Below are positions 29,701 through 38,487 of a DNA stretch of 44,844 nucleotides, in pieces. The stretch is from contig JAZDJN010000114.1 of NCBI GenBank assembly GCA_043803945.1, positions 1 to 44,844 of the forward strand, written 5' to 3'. Position 1 is the stretch's first letter, and the number at the start of each line of letters is the position of its first letter. This DNA is from a bacterium (GTDB lineage: Bacteria; Bacteroidota; Ignavibacteria; UBA10030). A model generated the notes under the pieces. That model worked only from the letters and a program-made list of their open reading frames with translations. It did no database searches and was not told the DNA's origin. The translations under genes and the position numbers were made by a program.

Positions 29701-30061
29701 CGATGATGATGTAAGAACGTTCTGGCATACACCCTGGGAGGGGAATGTGCCAGATTATCCTCACACGTTGGTAATTGATCTTGGGAGGGAGATGGTAATT
29801 CAAGGTTTTCTGTGTACACCACGGCAGGATGGGCACAATGGAGGCTGGATAGAAGAAGCAGTATTTTCTCTGAGCAACGATGGAAAGAACTGGGGAGGGT
29901 CTGTTGTGCGGGCATCTTTCGACAAGACAAGGGCGGTGAAGAAGGTGATTCTTGAGAAACCTCTTGCTGCACGCTTTATTCGATTTGTGGCCACGAGAGG
30001 AATCGACGGTCAGCGGTATGCTTCGCTGGCGGAACTGAAAGTCATTCCAGTAAATAAGTGA
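26762..30061 (+). CDS. Secreted GH2 glycoside hydrolase with C-terminal F5/8 type C (CBM32-like) domain
   Basis: Signal peptide, DLSGKW, YVGPAWYQ, GLNHMRFHSWCPP, GNHPS...GNE and SHEIGQW. C-terminal FWHT...PHTLVIDLG...PRQD...ASLAEL. The ATG at 26762 is preferred as start. Confidence 0.88.
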   Translation: MKRNIFPILFLWIITITSVVAQPRTAIDLSGKWGFEIDRKDVGVQERWFARSLKESIMLPGSMTENGKGDEVSVNTEWTGSIIDKSWFTEKEYEKYRQPGNIKIPFWLQPVKYYVGPAWYQKEIVIPDNWVNKQILLSLERCHWETQLWVDEQQVGMRNSLSTPNRFDLTKILQPGKHTMSLRIDNRVKDIYVGRDAHSVTDHTQSNWNGIIGKIELQSLPEITLEDLQLFPDIALKQVKVRCTMVNSGENPVQGAITMRAKNLSPSIKQRVQPLTESLTVPPGQHAVEYFLSMGSDAALWDEFHPNMYKLQIDLLDKDKKVLDTRITTFGMREFKTQRTRFTINGNEIFLRGTLECAIFPKTGYPSMEEQEWKRIFAVCKAYGLNHMRFHSWCPPDAAFRAADKLGIYLSVEICGWTNVGDGKPYDNWLYEESERIVKEYGNHPSFCMMAYGNEPNGKNMERFLGDFVLYWKKNDTRRVYTSASGWPLINENDYHSTPTPRIQGWGEELRSVINAQPPQTMFDYREFISKQDKPVVSHEIGQWCVYPNFNETKKYSGVLKPKNFEIFKETLEKNHLGHLANRFLLASGKLQALCYKHDIEAALRTPGMAGFQLLDLHDFPGQGTALVGVLDPFWEEKGYVTAAEYSRFCNSTVPLTRMKKTSWTNDEKFVADVEAAHFGDGPLHGVKPRWVVKNADGRIIRSGEFKQTTISIGNAQPLGSVRLPLEEFNSATKLMLAVCLERMNKTKVLQRFDNSWDFWVYPATLPEVDSENILVAQKLDQSAIEHLNRGGNLLLTLKKGSLKPEKGGAVKVGFSSIFWNTAWTSKQAPHTLGILCDPKHAALKEFPTEHYSNWQWWDAMAHAQAIALKDFSPDFTPIVRVIDDWFTNRSLGLIVEMKVGKGKVLMTGIDLLRDLDNRVEARQLLYSLKKYMASSHFQPKEQVQLSLLQSFFRDPNPLEDARIIEFDSEVKTLEAINVIDDDVRTFWHTPWEGNVPDYPHTLVIDLGREMVIQGFLCTPRQDGHNGGWIEEAVFSLSNDGKNWGGSVVRASFDKTRAVKKVILEKPLAARFIRFVATRGIDGQRYASLAELKVIPVNK

Positions 30062-30277
30062 TGCCATGCGATCTCTGCTTTTAGATCGGGAGAAGAGCTC
30101 CTCGCCAGAGGCGAGTCTATCGACCTCCCAGCGTTAGGGCGGGCTTCAACATGGAATCCAGATAAATGTCTTATGGACTGGATACCGGACTGAGGCATTC
30201 CGGTATGACAAGATATTGAGATCGGATAGTTGTATCTCTTCTCCCTTCTCCCTTCTCACCTCTAACGTCTTACGTAT

Positions 30278-30354
30278 AGGGTCGGGAGCTGGAGCTCCCT
30301 CCCAGAATTATTTAAAAAAGGAAAACATCTGGGAGGGAGTTGTACTCCCGACCT
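30278..30354. repeat. REPIN-like long hairpin
   Basis: GGTCGGGAG-CTGGAG-CTCCCTCCCAGA ... TCTGGGAGGGAG-TTGTA-CTCCCGACC. Confidence 0.8.
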
Positions 30355-30443
30355 TGCGAGCTGATGAGCTAAATTCTTGAATGGCGGCGAACAAATATTT
30401 AGATTCTTGCATTGTTGTCATCAAATGATCATTCAACTATTTC

Positions 30444-31607
30444 ATGGAATCAATGAATCAGAAGAAAAAAATTTTTGTGACCGGTTGTTTTGACATGCTC
30501 CACAGCGGCCATGTTGCATTTCTCACTGAAGCATCAACACACGGCGATGTCTACATCGGCATCGGCTCTGATGAAACTGTGAAGCAGCTCAAAGGCCGTT
30601 ATCCGATCAACAACCAGGATGAGCGTAAATATATGCTCGAATCGCTCCGATGCGTTACAAAATGCTCGGTGAACGGTGGCTGGGGGATAATGGATTTTTC
30701 TGAGAATGAAGATGCACTCAACGCCGATATCCTCTTTGTCAATGAAGATGGCAACAGCCCGGACAAGGAAACTTTCTGCAAAGAACATAACATCCAATAT
30801 GTCATCAGCAAGAGAATCCCTCACAGTGACCTGCCTGTACGATCCACAACGACATTACGGCGCGAGTGCAATATCCCCTTCCGCATTGACCTCGCTGGTG
30901 GATGGCTCGATCAACCTTTTGTGGCAAAACAGTATCCTGGTTCGGTGCTCACAATTTCCATTGAACCGACAATCGAGTTCAACGATCGCAGCGGTATGGC
31001 ATCGAGCACACGAAAAAAGGCACTTGAATTATGGCACACCGACATCCCTGCCGGTGATACGGAAAAACTTGCCAAAACATTGTTCAGCTATGATAATCCT
31101 CCCGGGACGATAGAAGTCTCCGGCTCGCAGGATGCGATTGGCATCGTATTCCCTGGCGTCAATAATCTGCATTACAATGGCGAGTACTGGCCCACGCATA
31201 TCGACTCTGTTCTCGATGAACCGGTGCTCCGGTTTATTGAGGATCATCTCTTCCTCATCACGCTCGAGCCTCGCGATAAATCGTTTTCAGTGCTCGAAGG
31301 TACGCAGGTGAATACAGAAAACACCAAACGTCTGGCCGATGCCGCTGATGCATGCTGGGAGGCAATCCTCCAGCGTGATATTCTCAACTTCGGTAAGTAC
31401 TTCACACAAGCTTTTGAAGGCCAAATTGCCATGTTTCCGAACATGGTCGACTCCCATATCCTTTCACTTATTGAACGGTACCGATCTCAAGCGCTTGGCT
31501 GGAAACTCTCCGGCGCAGGCGGCGGTGGTTACCTCATCCTCGTCTCCGACCGGCAGATCGAAAATGCAATCAAGGTCAAGATTCGCCGTCGAGATGGCGC
31601 TGTATAA
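30444..31607 (+). CDS. Fusion of an HxGH cytidylyltransferase-like domain and a GHMP sugar kinase
   Basis: N-terminal TGCFDMLHSGH...RSTT. C-terminal PFRIDLAGGWLD, SGMASS, GSQD and GWKLSGAGGGGY. Confidence 0.85.
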   Translation: MESMNQKKKIFVTGCFDMLHSGHVAFLTEASTHGDVYIGIGSDETVKQLKGRYPINNQDERKYMLESLRCVTKCSVNGGWGIMDFSENEDALNADILFVNEDGNSPDKETFCKEHNIQYVISKRIPHSDLPVRSTTTLRRECNIPFRIDLAGGWLDQPFVAKQYPGSVLTISIEPTIEFNDRSGMASSTRKKALELWHTDIPAGDTEKLAKTLFSYDNPPGTIEVSGSQDAIGIVFPGVNNLHYNGEYWPTHIDSVLDEPVLRFIEDHLFLITLEPRDKSFSVLEGTQVNTENTKRLADAADACWEAILQRDILNFGKYFTQAFEGQIAMFPNMVDSHILSLIERYRSQALGWKLSGAGGGGYLILVSDRQIENAIKVKIRRRDGAV

Positions 31608-31731
31608 ATCTTATTAATATTTTCGTGAGAATTTGTTGTAGAGGAGTAAAAACTTTCTTACCATTTCGTACGTTTTTTCGAGAGTGTCGTCGAACACGAT
31701 CGTTGATATCTTCACGTGAAAGGAATGGACC

Positions 31732-33564
31732 ATGCATCTCCAGGCCATCGATTGGATCATTGTTGCCGTATCGCTCATTGTCTGCTTCTTCCCAGCGTTA
31801 TTCTTCGGCAAACGCGCCGGTAAAAATACCTCGGAGTTTTTTGTCTCGGGGCGTTCCGTTCCTTGGTGGCTTGCCGGTCTTTCGATGGTGGCAACGACTT
31901 TCAGCAGCGACACACCAAATCTGGTAACGGATATCGTTCGGCGCAACGGTGTTGCAGGAAACTGGGTCTGGTGGGCATTTACCTTGACCGGTATTGCCAC
32001 GGTGTTCTTCTATGCACGGCTCTGGCGGCGCTCGGGTGTGATGACAGACCTGGAGTTCTATGAAGTTCGTTACTCGGGAAGGGCTGCCAGTTTTGTCCGT
32101 GGATTTCGTTCAGTCTATCTTGGATTTTTCTTTAACTGTATGATCATGGCAACCGTCAATCTTGCCGCATGCAAAATTGCCGGAGTGCTCTTTGGCCTCG
32201 AACGCTGGCAGACACTTCTGTTCGTGGGATTGCTTAACGTGATTTTTGCCACCCACTCCGGGCTCTGGGGAGTGCTGGTGATCGATATGGTACAGTTCTT
32301 TATTAAGATGACCGCTGTGATTGCTGCCGCATACTTTGCTGTGAACCTCCCGCAGGTCGGCGGCTTGAGCGGATTAGTTGAGAAACTATCCCAGCCTCAT
32401 CTGGCACCTGATGGCAAGACGATGATCCAGTATCTCAACATTTTACCCGACTTCACCAACAATTGGGATCTGGCACTTGCTATTTTTATCATGCCGATAG
32501 CCGTTCAATGGTGGGCAGTCTGGTATCCGGGAGCCGAGCCGGGCGGAGGAAGTTACATTGCACAGAGAATGCTCGCCTCGAAATCGGAAAAAGATTCGCT
32601 GGGAGCCGTTCTCTTTTTCAATATTGCCCACTACGTCCTGCGGCCATGGCCATGGATTCTCGTTGGATTAGCATCGCTGATTGTCTACCCTCAGCTCTCA
32701 GATATTCAGACCGCATTTCCCAACCTCGATCCAAGTTTGATCGGACATGACATAGCGTTTCCGGCAATGTTGAAATTCCTTCCTGTCGGATTTATTGGAT
32801 TAATGGTGGGCGGTTTAATAGCTGCAAACTCATCCACAATTCTCACGCACCTGAATTGGGGAGCATCTTACTTAGTTCATGATTTCTACCGGCGCTTCAT
32901 TCGCAAAGATGGTACCGAGAAACACTATGTAGCAGCCGGAAGAATCGCCACGATAGTGCTTTTCTTCTTTTCATCGGGGCTGGTGTTTTTCCTCGATTCA
33001 GCGAAGGATGCATTTGATATCATCCTTCAGGTTGGTGCTGGCACCGGATTGCTGTACCTCATCCGGTGGTTCTGGTGGCGTGTCAATGCCTGGAGCGAAG
33101 TGGTTGCAATGATCAGTTCGTTTGTCATTTCCATTTTGCTGCTGATCCTCGGTAAGAATGGCGTCGTGTTGAGTACGCATGTTGCCCTCCTCATTACTAT
33201 TGCCTTTACAACGATTTCCTGGATAGTCACTGCTTTTGTCGGACCGGAGACGGACCGCCAGACACTTATTGAATTCTATAAAAAAGTACGTCCCTTTGGG
33301 CCGGGATGGAAGCGGATTCGTGAAGAATCAGAAATCTCCGACGATGGATCCAGGACAGCGGGCGAAAATATCCCGCTCGGCCTTCTGGGGTGGTTTGCCG
33401 GATGCACCGCAATCTGGTCGGCGCTCTTTACGGTCGGTAATATTCTCTATGGGAGAACAGACTACGCCATCATGCTCGGGATTGTTTTTCTTATAAGCAG
33501 CATGGCGTTATACTTTGTCGTCAATAAACTCTGGACAGACAACAGTGCTCCATCCGGTACATAG
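31732..33564 (+). CDS. Sodium:solute symporter (SLC5)
   Basis: EFFVSGRSVPWWLAGLSMVATTFSSDTP, GAEPGGGSYIAQRM, many TM helices. Confidence 0.92.
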   Translation: MHLQAIDWIIVAVSLIVCFFPALFFGKRAGKNTSEFFVSGRSVPWWLAGLSMVATTFSSDTPNLVTDIVRRNGVAGNWVWWAFTLTGIATVFFYARLWRRSGVMTDLEFYEVRYSGRAASFVRGFRSVYLGFFFNCMIMATVNLAACKIAGVLFGLERWQTLLFVGLLNVIFATHSGLWGVLVIDMVQFFIKMTAVIAAAYFAVNLPQVGGLSGLVEKLSQPHLAPDGKTMIQYLNILPDFTNNWDLALAIFIMPIAVQWWAVWYPGAEPGGGSYIAQRMLASKSEKDSLGAVLFFNIAHYVLRPWPWILVGLASLIVYPQLSDIQTAFPNLDPSLIGHDIAFPAMLKFLPVGFIGLMVGGLIAANSSTILTHLNWGASYLVHDFYRRFIRKDGTEKHYVAAGRIATIVLFFFSSGLVFFLDSAKDAFDIILQVGAGTGLLYLIRWFWWRVNAWSEVVAMISSFVISILLLILGKNGVVLSTHVALLITIAFTTISWIVTAFVGPETDRQTLIEFYKKVRPFGPGWKRIREESEISDDGSRTAGENIPLGLLGWFAGCTAIWSALFTVGNILYGRTDYAIMLGIVFLISSMALYFVVNKLWTDNSAPSGT

Positions 33565-33628
33565 AGCGGACGGATTTTCTGGTGAAGCTGTTGCATTGAT
33601 TCATTGAGTAAAGATAAAATCAGGTGGA

Positions 33629-35104
33629 ATGAGCAACTTCACATTGCTCGATGCAGGAATTGTCGGTTCGTATCTTCTGATTACCATGATTGCCGGTGTC
33701 ATGGTGCGGAAGTATGTTGGAACTGTTGAAGATTATCTTGTTGCCGGCCGTGAGATGAATGTCTATCTTGGCATCGCATCGCTGGCAGCAACTGAGTTTG
33801 GTATCGTCACCTGCATGTATACTGCCCAGAATGGATTCGAAAAAGGATTTTCTGGAGCAGTTCCCGGCCTGCTTTCATTTGCCGGAATGTTCCTCATCGG
33901 TCTGACAGGATTCTGTGTGAAACCGCTGAGGGATTCGGGAGTCATGACCATTCCCGAATTGTTTGAACGATCATTCGGGCCGCGCATCCGTTGGGCATCG
34001 GGGGTCGTCATCGTTCTTGGCGGCTTGCTCAATATGGGGGTCTTCTTACGGACCGGAGGAGAATTTCTTATTGCTGTTTCCGGGCTCGATCCTCACTATC
34101 TTGAACTGATCATGACCACTCTGCTCGTTGGGGTGACGGTTTACACAGTGTTGGGAGGAATGTTATCAGTGCTCATCACAGATTTTCTTCAGTTCATCGT
34201 GATGAGTGTTGGGCTTATCCTGATTACACTTCTGATCCTTGACCGGATCGGATGGAATGCCCTCGTCGGTGCGGTGGAGGTTCATTATGGCGAAGGAGGA
34301 TTTAATCCCATAAAAAATCCGACAATGGGATGGTCTTATATTCTCTTCAATGCGCTCCTCAACACGGCTGCAGCATTGACGTGGCAGACACAGATTTCGC
34401 GCGTTCTTGCTGCAAAGGATTCAGCAACGGGACGGAAAGTCTACACCAGAACATCGTTCTTTTTTGTGGCACGATTTCTTATTCCGGGAATCTGGGGGAT
34501 TGCGGCTCTGGCGCTTTTAACTCCGGAGCAAGTCGGAGGCAATTCTCTGCTGGCAATGCCAAAAATGCTTGGTCTCATCGTGCCAGCCGGATTAATGGGT
34601 GTGCTCATTGCGGCAATGCTTGCCGCGGATATGAGCACCGACTCTTCCTACATGTTGACATGGGGAAGTGTGATATACAATGATATTATGGCGCCGTTTC
34701 GAAAGAGGCCCTGGTCCGACAAAAAAGGGCTCATGTGGAATCGTGCGATAGTTGCAGTGATCGGAATTTTTCTTTTATTCTATGGTCTTTGGTACAAGAT
34801 TGAGGGCGATCTCTGGACGTATCTTGGCATCACCGGCACAATCTACCTCTCCAGTATGTCGGTGCTGTTGATTGCAGCCTGTTACTGGCCGCGGGCAAAT
34901 AATTGGGGAGCAGCGGCTGCTATTCTGTGCGGCGCATCTATTCCAGCTCTGACGCTTGTGCTGCAAAAGGTGGGTCCTTACACCGACTGGTTTCAGGCAA
35001 ACAGCACGCTCCTTGGGATGGCTACGTATCTCGTGGTAGGGCTGGCGATGATCGTCGGTTCACTGGTAAAGCATCGCCTTACGATGGCAAAGGAGGGCAG
35101 GTAG
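33629..35104 (+). CDS. Sodium:solute symporter (SLC5)
   Basis: EDYLVAGR, TIPELFERSFG, GGMLSVLITD and AADMSTDSS motifs. Confidence 0.9.
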   Translation: MSNFTLLDAGIVGSYLLITMIAGVMVRKYVGTVEDYLVAGREMNVYLGIASLAATEFGIVTCMYTAQNGFEKGFSGAVPGLLSFAGMFLIGLTGFCVKPLRDSGVMTIPELFERSFGPRIRWASGVVIVLGGLLNMGVFLRTGGEFLIAVSGLDPHYLELIMTTLLVGVTVYTVLGGMLSVLITDFLQFIVMSVGLILITLLILDRIGWNALVGAVEVHYGEGGFNPIKNPTMGWSYILFNALLNTAAALTWQTQISRVLAAKDSATGRKVYTRTSFFFVARFLIPGIWGIAALALLTPEQVGGNSLLAMPKMLGLIVPAGLMGVLIAAMLAADMSTDSSYMLTWGSVIYNDIMAPFRKRPWSDKKGLMWNRAIVAVIGIFLLFYGLWYKIEGDLWTYLGITGTIYLSSMSVLLIAACYWPRANNWGAAAAILCGASIPALTLVLQKVGPYTDWFQANSTLLGMATYLVVGLAMIVGSLVKHRLTMAKEGR

Positions 35105-35329
35105 ATGAAGAACCTGATCGAGATATTATTCGGTGAGATGATTGGCGATCATTGGTTCTGGGCAACCTTAACTGTGATCTGCCTCATTTGGTACTCGACG
35201 ATCACGGTTTATGTTGCTTATAAAGGGATTGGTGACATCCGAGGAATGTTGGAGAGACTCTCCAACCCAAACAGGGGAAAGGATTCTTCCAGCAAGTCAG
35301 AGGTTTTCAACGATACTACTGCAGACTAA
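35105..35329 (+). CDS. Small single-TM membrane protein directly after an SSS gene
   Basis: ATG directly abuts the TAG. One hydrophobic helix. Confidence 0.7.
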   Translation: MKNLIEILFGEMIGDHWFWATLTVICLIWYSTITVYVAYKGIGDIRGMLERLSNPNRGKDSSSKSEVFNDTTAD

Positions 35330-35362
35330 CATTAACATGTTTGATAATCAGAAGGTGCTTCT

Positions 35363-35722
35363 ATGAATCCAGGCTCCAAAATTCTTCTTGTCGACGACTC
35401 CGATGAATTTCGGCACATGGTAAAACTCACTCTCGAATCGAAAGGCTATACTGTCGTAGAAGCATCAGACGGTGACCAGGGATTGGAACAGTTCCAGGCA
35501 TCGGAATTTGCTGCAGCAGTTGTTGATTACGATATGCCCGGTCTGAATGGTATCGACCTTTCAAAGGCGATTAAGAAGATTAATCCGAAGTTTCCCATCC
35601 TGATGATAACGGCATACAGCAACCGTTTATCGCTGGAAGAAATTTTTGCCATTGGCATTAATGCCTATCTCCCTAAGCCTCTGCAGATCGATAAATTCCT
35701 GAAAGTCGTTGAGCAACTCTAA
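35363..35722 (+). CDS. Single-domain response regulator (CheY-like)
   Basis: ILLVDD, VDYDMPGLNG, MITA and YLPKP motifs. Confidence 0.92.
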   Translation: MNPGSKILLVDDSDEFRHMVKLTLESKGYTVVEASDGDQGLEQFQASEFAAAVVDYDMPGLNGIDLSKAIKKINPKFPILMITAYSNRLSLEEIFAIGINAYLPKPLQIDKFLKVVEQL

Positions 35723-35880
35723 AAGAGGGAATAGGAACTCAGGTCTGGCTCGCGTTCACGAGTGTTGTGTGGCTGAGTTGAATGCTCATGTGATCTTCTG
35801 ATAATTGTTTACACATGTATCGACCCCATCTCGGCCTGATGGACATCGCTCTATTTCCTGACAAGTGGAAAGGTTTCGAA

Positions 35881-38283
35881 ATGTCTCTTCGTCGGTTCTC
35901 CACTCTGTTTGTTTTTATTCTTGTTATCGTCGTCGCTGTATTCGGACAGTCGCGATCCGGAGGACGATCACGCGGTTCATCTCAGGGTCGTACGGGAATA
36001 AGCGATGCGAGAAGGTATCCCATCTCGACACGGTATGCTTACTCACGACACGATTTCTACTTTTCCTCACTGGCAACAACATGGGATGAGGGACTTCCGT
36101 TCGGTAATGGAATGCTGGGTGCACTTCTCTGGAAGAAAGATTCTCTGCTGCGAATGGCGCTTGATCGCGCAGATTTATGGGACCTCCGCACTGTAAAGGA
36201 ATTTGAGCGTCCTGAATTTCGTTTTTCATGGGTTGTCGATCAGGCCCGGAAGAAAGACTACAAGCCCGTTCAGCAACTTTTCGATGTTCCTTATGATCGC
36301 GATGCTGCCCCCACAAAGCTTCCAGGTGCAGCCCTGGAGTTTCCCATTCCGGATGTCGAAAAGGTTGTGTCGGCAGAGCTGCTGCTGGAGCACGCTCTCG
36401 GTATTATCCGATGGAGAAATGGAATCAAATTGAATACATTCGTCCATGCAACCGAACCGCGGGGGTGGTTCCGGCTGGAAGGATTCAAGTCCGGTATTCG
36501 CCCGTGCATTACACCGCCGCCGTATGGTGCACCAGATACGCTCCAGAACAGCGGCAACAGCGGCCCTGGTGGAAATGACCTCCGCCGATTGGGCTATCCT
36601 GCGCCTGTGATCCGCCAAAAAGAGAATGAGATACTGTATCATCAGGAATGCAGCGGTGGATTCTCATACGATGTCTGGGTTGGCTGGCGATTGTTGGATA
36701 GCACGACGATGATCGGATGCTGGACGATTCGGCCAAGTAAGCAGTATCTCCCCGGAAAGCGTGAAGCACCGATAACGTTGAACGATATTACAGAGAAACG
36801 ATATCAGGATGAATTGAAATCCCATATCGCCTGGTGGAATAACTTCTGGAGCCAATCATCGGTTCGGCTTCCCGATCTGGTGCTGGAGAAGCAATGGTAC
36901 CGAGAGATGTATAAATTCGGCAGTGCCTCGCGACGAGGTGCCCCGCCGATTACACTGCAAGCTGTCTGGACTGCCGATAACATGCGCCTACCACCGTGGA
37001 AGGGAGACTTCCATAATGATCTCAACACTCAATTGAGTTACTGGCCGGCGTACAGCAGCAATCATCTGGAGGAGGAGAGTGCATTTCTCGACTGGCTCTG
37101 GTCGACCAGGGAGAACGCCCGTCGCTACACGAAAGCATATTTTCAAGTGGATGGATTAAATTATCCCGGTGTTAGCACATTGACCGGTGAACCGATGGGA
37201 GGATGGATTCAGTATTCCCTCGGGCCAACGGTTTCTGCTTGGCTCGCTCACCATTTCTATCTGCATTGGCGCTACAATATGGATCGGGAGTTCCTCAAAG
37301 CAAAAGCCTATCCCTGGATTCGAGACGTGGCAATTTTCCTTGATCAACTGTCGGTGCGGGAGAGCAATGGTAAGAGAAAGCTTCCGTTAAGCTCGTCACC
37401 GGAAATCAACGATAACGATGTTACTGCCTGGTTTGATCAGACGACAAATTTTGATCTAGCATTGATTCGCTGGCTCTACTCAACTGCTGCGGAACTCGCA
37501 CACGAATTGGGAAATGAGCAGGAGTCCCGCCGTTGGCGATCCATTCTCGATGAATGGCCGAACCTTGCTCTCTCCGCCACCGATAAAAAAATACTTGTGG
37601 CACCCGGCGAGGAGTTGAAAGCTTCCCATCGCCACTTCTCTCATCTCATGGCAATTCACCCGTTGGGCATCATCGATATCTCAAAGGGCGAAAACGATAG
37701 ACAAATCATCAATGCATCGCTTATGGATTTGGAGCGGCTCGGTACTGATTGGTGGTGTGGATATTCGTATGCCTGGTTGGGCAATTTGTGGGCACGGGCG
37801 CGTCAAGGCGATAAGGCGGCCGACGCACTGCGAATATTTTCCCAATGTTTCTGTCTGCCGAATAGTTTTCACGTCAATGGCGATCAATCGGGTACAAACA
37901 AATCGAAGTTTACCTATCGTCCATTTACCCTCGAGGGGAACTTTGCCTGTGCGGCGGGAATTCAAGAGATGCTCCTGCAGAGCCACGGCGGGGTCGTTCG
38001 TATTTATCCTTCCGCTCCGTCGTACTGGCGCGAGGCTGCCTTCAATAGCTTGAGAGCCGAAGGAGCCTTTTTGATTTCTGCCGAGATGAACAAAGGTATG
38101 ACGACGATGATAAAGATTGTGGCTGAGAAGGGGGGAGAGGTAATGCTGGAAAATCCATTTCGTGGGAGAAGAGTGACTGTCACTGGCATCAGCATAGAGG
38201 GGAAGAAATTCGACCAAGAATTTATCCGGCTGAAAACCACTCCCAAGGCAGTCATCACACTAAAGACGTCATCTACAAAATAG
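35881..38283 (+). CDS. Secreted GH95 alpha-L-fucosidase/alpha-L-galactosidase-like hydrolase
   Basis: WDEGLPFGNG, WKGDFHNDLNTQLSYWP, SSSPE, HRHFSHL and FTLEGNF...EMLLQSH. The ATG at 35881 precedes a signal peptide. Confidence 0.87.
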   Translation: MSLRRFSTLFVFILVIVVAVFGQSRSGGRSRGSSQGRTGISDARRYPISTRYAYSRHDFYFSSLATTWDEGLPFGNGMLGALLWKKDSLLRMALDRADLWDLRTVKEFERPEFRFSWVVDQARKKDYKPVQQLFDVPYDRDAAPTKLPGAALEFPIPDVEKVVSAELLLEHALGIIRWRNGIKLNTFVHATEPRGWFRLEGFKSGIRPCITPPPYGAPDTLQNSGNSGPGGNDLRRLGYPAPVIRQKENEILYHQECSGGFSYDVWVGWRLLDSTTMIGCWTIRPSKQYLPGKREAPITLNDITEKRYQDELKSHIAWWNNFWSQSSVRLPDLVLEKQWYREMYKFGSASRRGAPPITLQAVWTADNMRLPPWKGDFHNDLNTQLSYWPAYSSNHLEEESAFLDWLWSTRENARRYTKAYFQVDGLNYPGVSTLTGEPMGGWIQYSLGPTVSAWLAHHFYLHWRYNMDREFLKAKAYPWIRDVAIFLDQLSVRESNGKRKLPLSSSPEINDNDVTAWFDQTTNFDLALIRWLYSTAAELAHELGNEQESRRWRSILDEWPNLALSATDKKILVAPGEELKASHRHFSHLMAIHPLGIIDISKGENDRQIINASLMDLERLGTDWWCGYSYAWLGNLWARARQGDKAADALRIFSQCFCLPNSFHVNGDQSGTNKSKFTYRPFTLEGNFACAAGIQEMLLQSHGGVVRIYPSAPSYWREAAFNSLRAEGAFLISAEMNKGMTTMIKIVAEKGGEVMLENPFRGRRVTVTGISIEGKKFDQEFIRLKTTPKAVITLKTSSTK

Positions 38284-38487
38284 GAAGCTGTTCAATCTGT
38301 TATCAATTGTATTTTCACCACCCCTGCCTTTATAGATCCACAACGGGCGGGCAGGAGTGGAGAACTACCGATCAGTAATCGAAATATTTTTATTAGATTT
38401 TTTTCTTTCAATCAAATTAACTCCTCTCTATCTTTGCATCCGCAGAGAGGTTCTTTCTCTATCACTCATTGATTGCGAGTGTATCCT

